In this document: in pieces, positions 49,420 to 61,424 of the stretch
Numbering within the stretch: the stretch's first letter is position 1
Layout of the letters: each line of letters opens with the position of its first letter
Source of the DNA: Batkoa obscura
Lineage: Eukaryota
Direction of reading: 5' to 3'
Length of the DNA: 64,000 bases
Assembly: GCA_030770535.1 (NCBI GenBank)
Contig: JASVEC010000001.1
Coordinates: 1,984,001-2,048,000 of the forward strand
Translations under genes and position numbers: made by a program
The notes under the pieces: model-generated
Database searches by the model: none
What the model was told of the DNA's origin: nothing
Seen by the model: the letters and a program-made list of their open reading frames with translations, nothing else

Positions 49420-50351
49420 TTATTTTAATTGATTGATACTTTTTAATATATCGATTATTATATCATGAATTTGATTGGAGGTATAATTAGTAATTATAAT
49501 ATTAGTATCCTTATCCTTATCTTTATTTTTATCTTTATCATTATTATTTAAAACATCTATTAAATTAAATTCTTTAAATTGATCAGATAATAAATTTAAC
49601 ACCTTAAGATAAGATTCATTTGTATAAATATTCTCATTAAATTGAATATTTTTTATTAATAAAATTAATTGATTATAATTTAAATTTAAAGCAATTAATA
49701 ACAATTTTAAATTTAATATTGGATCAATTGATAAGGCCATAATTACATTTAATAAATAGGAACAATCAATTTTTAATTGTTCAAATTTAATATAATTAAT
49801 TATTATTTGTTGATAATAATAATTCATTGTTAATTGACTTAATTCATTAATCCATTGATTTAATACTTTTTGTTTACTTTGATATTGATTATTATTATTA
49901 TCATTATTATTATTGTTATTATTATTAAAATACTTTTGTGTAACTAAAAAACCCAAATCATCTAAATAAACTTCTAATCTTTGAGGCAATGTTAATAAAT
50001 ATTCTCCAATTTCCAATATATTTTTATTAGGTGCTAAAGAAAATAAATTGCTTTCATTACCATTCTTTTCATTATCATTCTTTTCACTCATATTATCAAT
50101 TTTTGATAAAATAGGATAACTGATTAATTCAAATAATTGTTTAGATATTAATTGAATTTCATTATTGATTTGGTTATAAATTTCTTGATTTATTTTAACT
50201 TCATTGAATTTATTCAATTTGATCATTTCAATTGTTTGTTTGAATTCTTTACTATTCATTATTTCACTCTGTTGACAATTTTTAATAGTAGCTAAGGCTA
50301 CTTTAATTGAATTATTATTATTATTATTATTATTACTATTATTATTATTAC

Positions 50352-50393
<42 letters not shown>

Positions 50394-52035
50394 TATTACT
50401 ATTATTACTATTATTATTATCTAATATCATTTCATAATCTTCTAATTTCATATTATTAGTATCCAAATCATTAATTATTGTTAAATAATTATATTCTAAA
50501 TTCATTTCTTCAATTAGTTGATTAAATTCCTTTTGAATATTAAGAAATTTTTCATTCATTTTAATTAATTCTCGAATTCTATCCCAATTGACTATTGTTG
50601 ATTGTTGTAATTGATTATTATTATCATTATTATTATTATTATTAATTTGATTTAATGTATTTTTAATTATATTTTGAATATAATTTAATAATCCTAATAA
50701 ATTATAACCAAATGTAAATTTCTTATCTTTTTTAATTAATTCTCTACTAAACTCTATACTAAATAAAATGTACTTATTATTTTGATTATAATATTCTTGT
50801 TGATATTTTAAAAACATGTTTAAAACAGGTACTAGATTTAATAACCAATATTCAAATAAAGTGGAACATTTAAATTGATTGATTGCTAATAAATTATCTT
50901 CTTCATCTTCCATATTTTCCATTTCTTTTTTATTTTCATTTGAGTATTTAACACAATGGAAATAGATTACTCTTTCAATTTTAATTAAAAATTCATTAAT
51001 TAAATTAAAATATAATAACATTATTTCATTTTCTTCATTTTGAAAAAAATAACTTTTTAAATGATTTAAAAAATTCACTATTAATTTAGTAATTAATTTA
51101 TATACCTCTTTTTCAAATACCAATAAACACCATTCAATTTCTTCATTGATTTTTTCTAATATATCATTTAAATATTTTTTTAATAAGTTGATTTTCATAT
51201 CTGATGTTTCAATACCTTTATTATATTCCGATTTAAAATTAACTACTATACTAAAGCAAAATTCTTTAATAATTTTATTATATACTTTGTCTTCATTTCC
51301 CAATACTGAATATCCCGTTAATAGATTTTTAGTCACTAATTTATCTCGATTTTTGATTCCTTCTGTTAATACTTGTCTGTATACACTTTCAATTCGTTGT
51401 AAACATAAATTCAATACTTTTTTCCTATTATCTTCTTTTTCTTGATTATTGTTTTTCAACTGATTTTCTAAATTCAATTCAGCTTGTTTATATTTCTTAG
51501 ATGCAACTATATAATTTTTTTGTTCTAAAGCTAATATAATTTCTTTTTCTAAATTATTCCAAAAGGCATCTAAATTTAATTCTTCGATTTTATTTTCAAT
51601 ATCCTTTTGTTCTGTGGTCAATTGAATTAACTCTGTATAATAGTTATTCTCTGCGATTTTATTAATAGCATTATCTATCTTTATTTCCGTTTCACACTCT
51701 AAAATCTTTGCTTTTAAACTTTCTATCTTATATTTAATTAAATTTAAATCTAATGTTAATTTAGGTAAATTATTATCAATCATTTGTATCTCTTGTTCAA
51801 TATCTTCTGTTAAGTTATGAATTTCTTTTTCAACATAATGAATTAATTCCCAACTGTTAGTTTCAATTAAATTACAATATTCTTTGATTCCTTCAAACTG
51901 GTTATGTTCAGTTGGTAGAGTATTAATAGTAGGATAAAATTCATTGATAGTAGATTGTAATTGACATTCACTTATCTCTTCATCAGTTATAGATTCAATT
52001 TTATTTTGTAACTTAAATTCCATATAATCAACCAT
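49420..52035 (-). CDS. COG7: Conserved oligomeric Golgi complex subunit 7, single exon, with poly-Asn tracts
   Basis: 871-aa helical ORF with the COG7-type motif FSLAPNKNILEIGEYLLTLPQRLE and a late QLKIDCSYLLNVIMAL. Confidence 0.78.
50310..50420. repeat. (AAT)n microsatellite encoding a ~36-residue Asn/Ser tract in COG7
   Basis: Visible (att)n with occasional act units. Confidence 0.9.
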
Positions 52036-52209
52036 TTTATTTTATTATTAAAAAAAAGGAACAATAAAAAACAAGAATTATAATTTCAAATTATGCAATC
52101 CAAATCTATTTTAATGACGTTAAAAATATTCCCAATTTTCGAATTAAAAAAATAAAAACAATTGATATTTTGTTGAATTTATTTTTTGAAATCATAAATA
52201 ATTTAAAAT

Positions 52210-54021
52210 ATGTTATTAAAAAAGAATTATAGTTATCATAAATTATTTAAAGTAATTTAAAATCATTTCAAACAAATATTGAAGTTATTTAATTAAATTT
52301 TAGTTAACATTTTCAACTTCCACACTGTGCAATTCCAATCCCAATTCCTATAATTATGAATTATCTTCTAATCTTTATGAAGGTTTAATAAAGGGAGATC
52401 GATTTTCTTTATCTCGAGCAATAACGTTAGGTAATATTATCTATTATTCATCCTGATTCTCCTCTTTAGATTAACTTTTAATCATTTTTATAGTTGAATC
52501 CACTCGTTTAGATCATCAAGCAGAAAGCAAATTACTATTAAATAAAATCTTAACTAATAAAAATTTAAAAAATACCTATCGAATAGGGTTATCTGGTTCA
52601 CCAGGGGTAGGAAAATCCACTTTTATTGAATCCTTTGGTACTTATTTAACAAAATTAGACTATAAAGTAGCTGTATTGGTAAGTTATATCATTTAATAAG
52701 TAATTTAAATAGATGCTATTTTATAGTTTATTATTGTCACTATTATTATTATTATTATTATTATTACTTTTATTATTTTTATAGTTTGTTATTATTATTA
52801 TTATTTAATTAATATTTAAAATTAGGCAGTTGACCCTTCATCAACAAAAACAGGGGGTAGTATTTTAGGTGATAAAACACGTATGTATGAATTATCACGT
52901 AATGATATGGCTTATGTAAGACCTACTCCATCAAGAGGCACATTAGGTGGTGTGGCTAGAAATACAAATGAAGCTATATTGTTATGTGAAGGTAAATTCA
53001 ATAATATTAACTCTTTTTATTAAAATTGAAATTTAATTAAATTAAAAAATTAAAATTAAATAATATTTTTTGTTTCTTTTAGCTGCTGGTTATGATATCA
53101 TTTTAGTTGAAACGGTGGGTGTTGGACAGAGTGAAACAGTAGTGGCAGATATGGTAGATGTGTAAGTTTATTTTGACTTATTATTATTATTAATTAATTA
53201 ATTAATTAATTAAAATTCGATATTAATATTTAATTTTGATCTAGATTTACTTTGATAGTACCACCGGCTGGTGGTGATGAATTACAAGTAACTTAATTTT
53301 TTTTAAATATTTAACTAAAATTTAATCTAATATTTTATTATTATTAAAGGGCATGAAGAAAGGAATTATGGAAATGAGTGATATAATTATAGTCAATAAA
53401 GCGGATGGTGATTTAATTAATAGTGCTACAAGAGCACAAACTGAGTTAATAAGTGCCTTGAAATTTATGCATCCAAATACGATGGGATGGGAAACAAAAG
53501 TAATGTTATTTCTTTTGTAATTATTTTATTCAATTAAAATTTTATTAATATTAATATTTATTTTCAATTAAATTAGGTATTAAAAATATCCTCTTTAAAA
53601 AAAGAAGGTATTCAAGAAGTATGGGAAAACTTGAATTTATTTAATAAATTTATATCAAATAATAATATTAAAAAAGATAAACGTGGTCAACAACAAATTC
53701 GATGGATGTGGAGAGAAGTGACTTCTTCATTATTAACTAAGTAAGTTAATTTTATTGTTAATTCTTGTTTATTTATTACAAACTTAATATTGTTAATATT
53801 ATTGTTTTTTTATTAGATTGTCAAGTGATCCAAAAATTCAAGAATTAACAAAACAATTAGAATCTAAAGTTTATGATTTAAAATTACCTGCAAGTAGAGG
53901 CTCCGATATTATAATTAATCAATTTTTAAATAATCATAAGATTGAAACTAAAATCATCAATTCAACATCTTCTAATTCTTCCAATATTAATCCTAATTTA
54001 GAAAGTGTACTTTTCAAGTAA
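52210..54021 (+). CDS. MMAA: MMAA/MeaB GTPase, chaperone of cobalamin-dependent methylmalonyl-CoA mutase (multi-exon)
   Basis: Spliced [105 protein letters not shown] and QQIRWMW. Confidence 0.95.
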
Positions 54022-54163
54022 ATAAATAAAAGTAATTCTATAAAAAATAAAACTTTATTAATTAAAATAATAGCTAATTTTTTATTAATATATAAAAAAA
54101 ACTTCTAACTAAATATAAAAAAAACAATGATAAACAAAATCAAATCAATTGAATTATTCTCAA

Positions 54164-55770
54164 TTAAGAATAAGATAAACCAACGGAAGCTAATCCAGTG
54201 ACATGATTCTTATTTAAAAAAGCTCTTGAACTTGATCTATTATCTTTGCTTCCAATTGGGACCCCAAAACCCATTTTATAATTAGATGAACTTGAAGATT
54301 CTCTAGAATGTGTTGATTCTCCATCCGAAAATAAAGGTCCCATTTTATCTTGATTTTCATTTTCCCTTTGACTAGCAATTAAATAAACCCCAATAAATGT
54401 CAATAAACATCCAAAAATAAAGGTAATGTATTGTTCCAATGTATATGCTTCAAATTCATCAAATAATATAGCGGAACCAATCACAGCGGAGAGTGTGAAT
54501 AAGACAAATTGAGTTGGTATAACTACTGTGGAATCGAAAGATTGTAATGCTTTATTTAAATACTTCACTTGTAAAATACCTGTAGCTATTAATATAGTAA
54601 TCATAAAATAAAAAGAAGGGTAAATAAAAGCTTTCATTTTCATACTGTTGAGTAAAGAAGATACTCCTTTAGTAGCTAACACTGTAAAACCACCTAGATT
54701 GTTTTTATTAATTAATTTATTGATTTTATATTATTAATTTTATAATTTTATAATTTTTTTTATAGAATATAAAATAAATAATTACCGAATAAAGCTACAG
54801 TTGAGATATCAATAACAACAAATTTTTTCCCATAAGTATCGGATATACTTAAAAACAAAGCCATTAAACAGATACAAGTAGCAATATAAATCATAACTTT
54901 AGATCGAAAAAACAAATCGAAAAATCCATCTTCAGGTAACTAAAAATTCAAATAAAAACAATTAATTATTAATTTTCATACTTAATTAAATGGAAATTAA
55001 TTAATTTACTTACATTTGATTCCGTATTTTTAGAAGTCATAACTACCATAGTAGCCCCCGACATAGCTAATAATATACCAAAAAAATCTCGTTTACGAAA
55101 TTTTTCTCCAAGGAAAAAGGGTGCTATTAGAGCGTTTGAAATTAATCCAACCGTACCTAGGGGAGCTACTGTACTTGCTGGTGCAAAACCATAAGCTAAT
55201 AAATAATAGTGTGTTGAATTATTTTCAATTTAAAACTAAAAACTTGAAATTACCTAAAAAATTACCTACTTCACCTAATAAAGATTTCAAATTAATATGA
55301 ATAAAATAGTTATTTATAAAGTAATAGAATTAAACTTACCTAAATTCATTAATATATAACCCAACCACCAAAATCTACTTTTTAAATAATTTTTATTTTT
55401 GGGTTTAATATTTGTCTCTGTCCCATATTCATTAATTTCCAATTCTTCATTTAATCCATTGTTATCAACATTAATATAATTCCCATTATTATTGTTACCA
55501 TTACTTCGTAATAAAGCTTGTAACTCACCATTTCTTATCCTTTGTTGAATTCGATTATGTGCATATTTTTGAATATTTAAAGCAACAGAAATTAATACCT
55601 AGTTAATTATTGAGATAATTTAATTAAAAGAATGAGCTAGTTAATGATAGTTATTAAAATTATTAGTTATATTGAATTACATTGCCAACTACGGATAACA
55701 AGACACCAATTAAAGTACGTCCATTTACTGGGTCATTTATAATATCTTGTATTCTATCATAAAAATTCAT
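54164..55770 (-). CDS. NIPA-family magnesium transporter (multi-exon)
   Basis: GNVLISVALNIQKYAH, YLKSRFWWLG, GEVGNFLAYGFAPASTVAPLG and QVKYLNKALQSFDSTVVIPTQFVLFT. Confidence 0.93.
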
Positions 55771-56200
55771 CCTTTTTGTGTTTTGTTTTCTTAAGTTACT
55801 TAGTTAAATTATTAATGGAATTCTATCTCTCTTTTTTTTAATAAAAAAAATTCAAAACAAAAATGTTAAATTTGGCTAAAAATTTTTTTGGTTAAAATTT
55901 AGGTTCCTTAATTAAGTGTAGCAATTCATTAATTTCTTTAAAAAAAGTTGTTAAGGAACTTTCATTTCTATATTTAGAAATTTAACTTATTTTTGAAAAA
56001 AAATGATCTCAGATTAAAATTATTTCCAACTTTATTTTATTACGAGAATTAATAACTGTTTGAATTAAAGATGACGATTAGAGATAAAAATATTTGAATA
56101 TTTGAATTCAATTAGCTAAGCAGTTATAAATTCAATATATAAAAAATTATAAATTTTATTATATGTATATATATTTATATAAATCCTCTCTTTCTCTTTT

Positions 56201-56623
56201 CTACTCCAAGGTCAAAAAGGATAAATTACCTAATGGAGAACTCAATGATTGCATGGATTTAACTTCACTCTCTTCAGTATGTTCTAATGTAATTGGGAAA
56301 CATTCCATTCGATCATTAACTAATACTTGTAATAAACAAGATTTATCAAAAATAATTAAATCATCATTATTATTATTATTATTGATGGTATCAGTAATTC
56401 CAGTAAATATTGGTTTAGGTATCATTCGTTTGCTATTATTACTATTAGTGTTATTAGTAATTGTTGGGATAAAATTATTGTTAACAGAAGTATTAATTAA
56501 CCCATGAAGATTTTCTTTTAATATTTGTAATTGAGGTAATTTTAAATAGCCCGATTTTAATGGAGTAATTGTAATATTAACAACATGAGTTTGATTTTGT
56601 TCCTATATTAAAATATGTTATTA

Positions 56624-56665
<42 letters not shown>

Positions 56666-59600
56666 ATAGTAAAACTTACATCGAATTTTAATTTAAATTT
56701 AATTTTTCCAGTAATTATCCAATCTTCATTATTATTATTATTAATTTTAAACCATAATTCATTAACACATTGATTTAAATTTTTTAAATGATATTCAATT
56801 GAATAATGTTCCCCTAATTTCATTTTTAAAGGTGTTTTTTGAATTTCAATAGATAACCATTTCTAAAACAATAAAAATAATATTTACTAATTAATTTTTA
56901 GTTTTTAATAATTCTAATTTTATTACTTACTTTGGGTAGTTTTATTTCTTGTTGAAATATTAAACTGTTGTATTGTATTAATTCACTTTCTTTTAATATT
57001 TCTTCAATTTCATTTTGTTCTAATATCGAATATTTCTATAAAAAAATATATTGATATTTAATTTTATATCTATCTTACTAAAACTGTTACCTTTAAAAAC
57101 CCAATCATTTTTTGTTTAACTCTTGGAATATCAATTTCATTTAAAATATAAGAAAAATCCAAATCTAATATAGATATATCTTTTAAATTTAATTGACCAG
57201 TAATTACATAATCTAAAATTCGACCTGATTCTAAAACTAATTGTTGTAATGTTTTAAATATTGTTTCATTATCAATTGACATTTTAAAATAATCTTTAAT
57301 TAATTTTTTAATTACTAATTGTATTTCTATTAATTTATAAAAATAATATTAGTTTATATTCTATTATTAATATTAATATTCTATTATTACCTTTTTTATA
57401 AGTAGTATAATTAATCTTAATAAAATAAATATCATTATCTAAATAAATATAAGATATATTAATCTCTATTCCATTAGTATTTATTTTATATATTATTTAC
57501 CATTCTTATTAAAATATTGAAAATTAAATAAATAGTTTAATGTATGATTAGGTAATAATACAAAATATTTTTCTTCATTAAAAATAGGATTTAACCAATC
57601 TTCATTAATTTTTCTTTTTCTTAATAAAGAAAGATCGTGATTTAATTCATTTTCAATTATCGATTTTTTAAATAATTGAATTGATTCTATTTTATATCCT
57701 GTTGTTTTATTAATTGTATTCATTTTAATCTGTAAATATTGAATATTATTCATACTAAATTAAATAAATATTAATATTAATATTAATATAATTATTATAT
57801 TATATATTATATTATATGTTATTAAACTTACTTTATAGTATCTAAAATAAATTGATAATCTAATTTAAATGGATAAGGTTCCATATAAACGGTTAATAAT
57901 CCATTATATTTAATCTTGTTTTTATTATTATTTAAATAATAAACGTTATAATTAATCTAAAAAATAGTATAAATATAAATAATATAAACATATAAAATAG
58001 AATTTACCATCATTTGAATATCTAAAGCTAACATAATTTTACCTGGTAAAATTAATTTTAGATATTGATTATTTAATAAATTAGGTATTGATAATGTTAA
58101 TTGATTATTAATATCTTTATAACAAGAAATTGATATTGATTGGCAACAATTAATATCATTTTGATTTAATATAAATCCCATATAATTATCTTGTATTTCA
58201 ATACCATTCATTATCTCTAAAATATCTAAACTTAATTCTCCTTCTAATATACTATTGTTTTGTGTGTATACATTTAATATTAAACCTAATTTAATTAATA
58301 TTAATTATTATATTATATTATTATACTATATTATTATATTATATTATTACCATCCATATATAATTCACTTTCAATTAATAAATGTTGCGGGTAATCATTT
58401 AATAATAAAATGATTTGTTCTTCAATTAATTCATAATTAAAACATAATTTATTCATATGAATTAATATTTTATCTACAAAATATTTTCCGATTGTGAAAT
58501 TCTATTTATTATTATTATTAATATTATAGGATAATATATTATTGTTTTACCTCACATTTTAATGGTATTAAATTCACTCCCGATTTTAATATTAATTTCT
58601 TTTGGTTTTCATTAACAAAGGTTAATTTACAATTTTGATTTCCACTTAATACTAATTCAATTGATCCAAGTGGTAAATCCTATAATAACAATAAAATTAA
58701 ATAAAATTAAATATAAAATGTTAAACCATATTTACCACAGGTAATAAATTTTCAATCTTTAATGTAATCATAATATAATCATTAAAAGAATCTGCTTTTT
58801 TTACTGATATTAAATTAAAATAATTTTCTGCTTTACTAATAATTTCTTCCTTCAATTCGTTTGATGTATCAATCAATTTATTTACAAAAAATTCGTTCTG
58901 TACTAAATTTAGTTCCTTACAAAACTTAAGTACTTTTAATGTTAATCTAATTAACTCTGAATATTTTTCCAATTCATTATAGGCCAGTATTAGTTTTGAT
59001 AATAATTCAAATGAAGTATATATCCATCCTTCATTAATATAATCATAACTGGAATGTTCTACCATATTAATCGTATATTTATATCGTTTTCGATAATAAT
59101 GTAAACTAGCCATATACGTTTGAATTAATGATATATTTCGCTTTTTTTTATCACTTTCATAATCTGAAATTAATCGACTGTTAAGGCTTAAATATAATGA
59201 ATCAAAAGTATCTATACTAATCATACTATTCTAAAACGATATATAAGCTTTAATCTTATATATTAATAAATATTCTCACCTTTAGTTCCAAGTCATAAAT
59301 AAATTCTAAATTCTTTTCATCTTGTATAATATTTTCCAAATAAGGTTTAGTAAAACAATGAATAAAAGGCGGAAGTAAAGGTAAATAATTTAAAAATAAA
59401 CCTAATTTCTCTAATTGAGTTTTAGCTAAATACATAATACTACTTTTTATAGTATTCAAATTAATTAATGAACTAGCTTTAGATATATCTTTACGTTTAA
59501 TTTGTTCGAAATGTTCATCCATATTATTATATAATTGCATACTATTGAGATAACTCCAACTACACGAAAATATTTGGGTTTTTATGTTATCTCCCTATAT

Positions 59601-60824
59601 GAATTAATTAATAAATAAAATTAATAAATAAAATTAATTAAATGATAAAAATAGATTAATATTTACCCTATTATTTACAATATATTGTTGAAATGTATTT
59701 AAAAATTTTAAACTACGAATACCAAATTCTAACATTAAATCCATTTTTTTTAATAATTGTAGTTGTTGATTAAATAAATAAATTTGAATTTCAAAATAAG
59801 TAATTTGATTTTTAGCTATTAGTTCTAATTGCTTTTCATTATTATTACTATTTGTTAATAATAATTCGACTATATTGATATCTTCAATTACTTTATCTTT
59901 AACAAACCATAATTCTAAATCCTCTATAATAAAAAGGTTTATAAAGCTTTTTTTAATATTTTATGATAAAATTCTTACCCTTAGAGCAATGATATAACAA
60001 CGCTTCCAATTCATCATATAATTTCAAAGCTTCTTTATGTAAATGAATTAATTTTAATTGTTTAGCAATTGAGTCTTTAACAATAAAAAAGGGGTTAATG
60101 TTCCAACCAATAAATCTTCTTTGATCATCTAATTTATTCATTTCCTCTTCTAAACTTTCAAATCGAAATTGAAACGTTGTAGTGACCATATCTTTAATCA
60201 ATTCCATTAAATTTCTCCAGCATTCAAAATTTGGATTTGGATTATCTTCAAAATTAAAACTGACTGCCATAACTCGTTCTTTTTTATTATCGTTAAAATC
60301 CACTTTCATTTTTTCCAGCAACGTCAAGTGTTGCGTATTTTTTTTAAAATTCGATAGTAATAAATTCCTACCACTTATCTGTTGAAACGCATTATTAAAT
60401 CCATTTCCTCCTTTCATTTCGTACCCTTTATCTTGGCTATTTGTCACAAATACTATCAAAAATTCACTTTCTTTCCCTACTGCTTGTAACCAAGCTCGAA
60501 TTTGTGGTCTTATCACTGTTCGATATGTTTCAATACTTTCATATCTTACTAAGAATAAATGATTGTATGGTTGATTTAATAAGCTCGATTCTTTCCAGTT
60601 AGAATTAAATGTAGTGAATGTGAGTTCTAAATGACTGATGATACTTAGCGGTCGAGAAGGTAACCTAATTTGTAAGGATTGTAAAGGTAGAAATTCATTT
60701 ATTTCTTTTTCAAATCGTTCCCATAGGCCAAAGGGATCTTGTACTAATAATGAGAGGGTTAACTATGGAATTATTGTGCTATTGGAAGAGAATTGAGCTT
60801 ACTGCTTACTTTAACGGAACTCAT
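56201..60824 (-). CDS. TRS130: TRAPP II subunit Trs130/TRAPPC10 (many exons)
   Basis: QDPFGLWERF..LPLQSL, PYNHLFLVRYESIETYRTVIRPQIRAW, RRFIGWNINPFFIVKDSIA..ALKLYDELEA, and C-terminal WIITGK and ITPLKSGYLKLPQL. Confidence 0.85.
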
Positions 60825-61339
60825 AGTTTAAAAATTATTAAAAACATTTTAAAATTTTAAGTGATTTTACCTTTTTTAGGTTGAATTTTTTGTTGCGTAG
60901 CTTATAGTCATTTATTGGGTGGATTTATTTAGTAATTTATCAATGATGGTAAGCTCAATATTGAATTTTCTTTAAATTCATTCTTTAAATTATTTTGTAT
61001 AAAATATCGGAATTATAATTTAATTATAGTAAATAAAATTAACTACTAAACATCGTTGTATAATAAAGTTATAATATAGAATTCAAATTGTTTTATGTTA
61101 AAGCTATCTTTATTAATGGAATTTCATACTTCTTGTTATTCATTTAATACCTCAAGAACGAAATATTATATTATGTTATATTTGTCTGAAAGGCTAAACT
61201 AAATCACTGATAGAAAAAGATAGATTAGTGGTAATGTGACTAAATAGTAAAACTCAAACTATAGTTATAAATAATCATTTTGGTTTTGACTTTATTTAAA
61301 ATGTTGAAAAATATTATTTGTCTTTTATAAACATACAGT

Positions 61340-61424
61340 TATGGTTTTTTGTTTTGGGATTAGCTAGTGATTTTTTCAATTTTAAGCTCCTAAAAGTGGA
61401 CAAAATAGCGAAGAAACATTCTTA
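61340..61424 (-). mobile_element. MITE-like repeat, family B copy (inverted)
   Basis: Reverse complement aagaatgtttcttcgctattttgtccacttttaggagcttaaaattgaaaaaatca aligns to 30282-30345. Confidence 0.55.
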
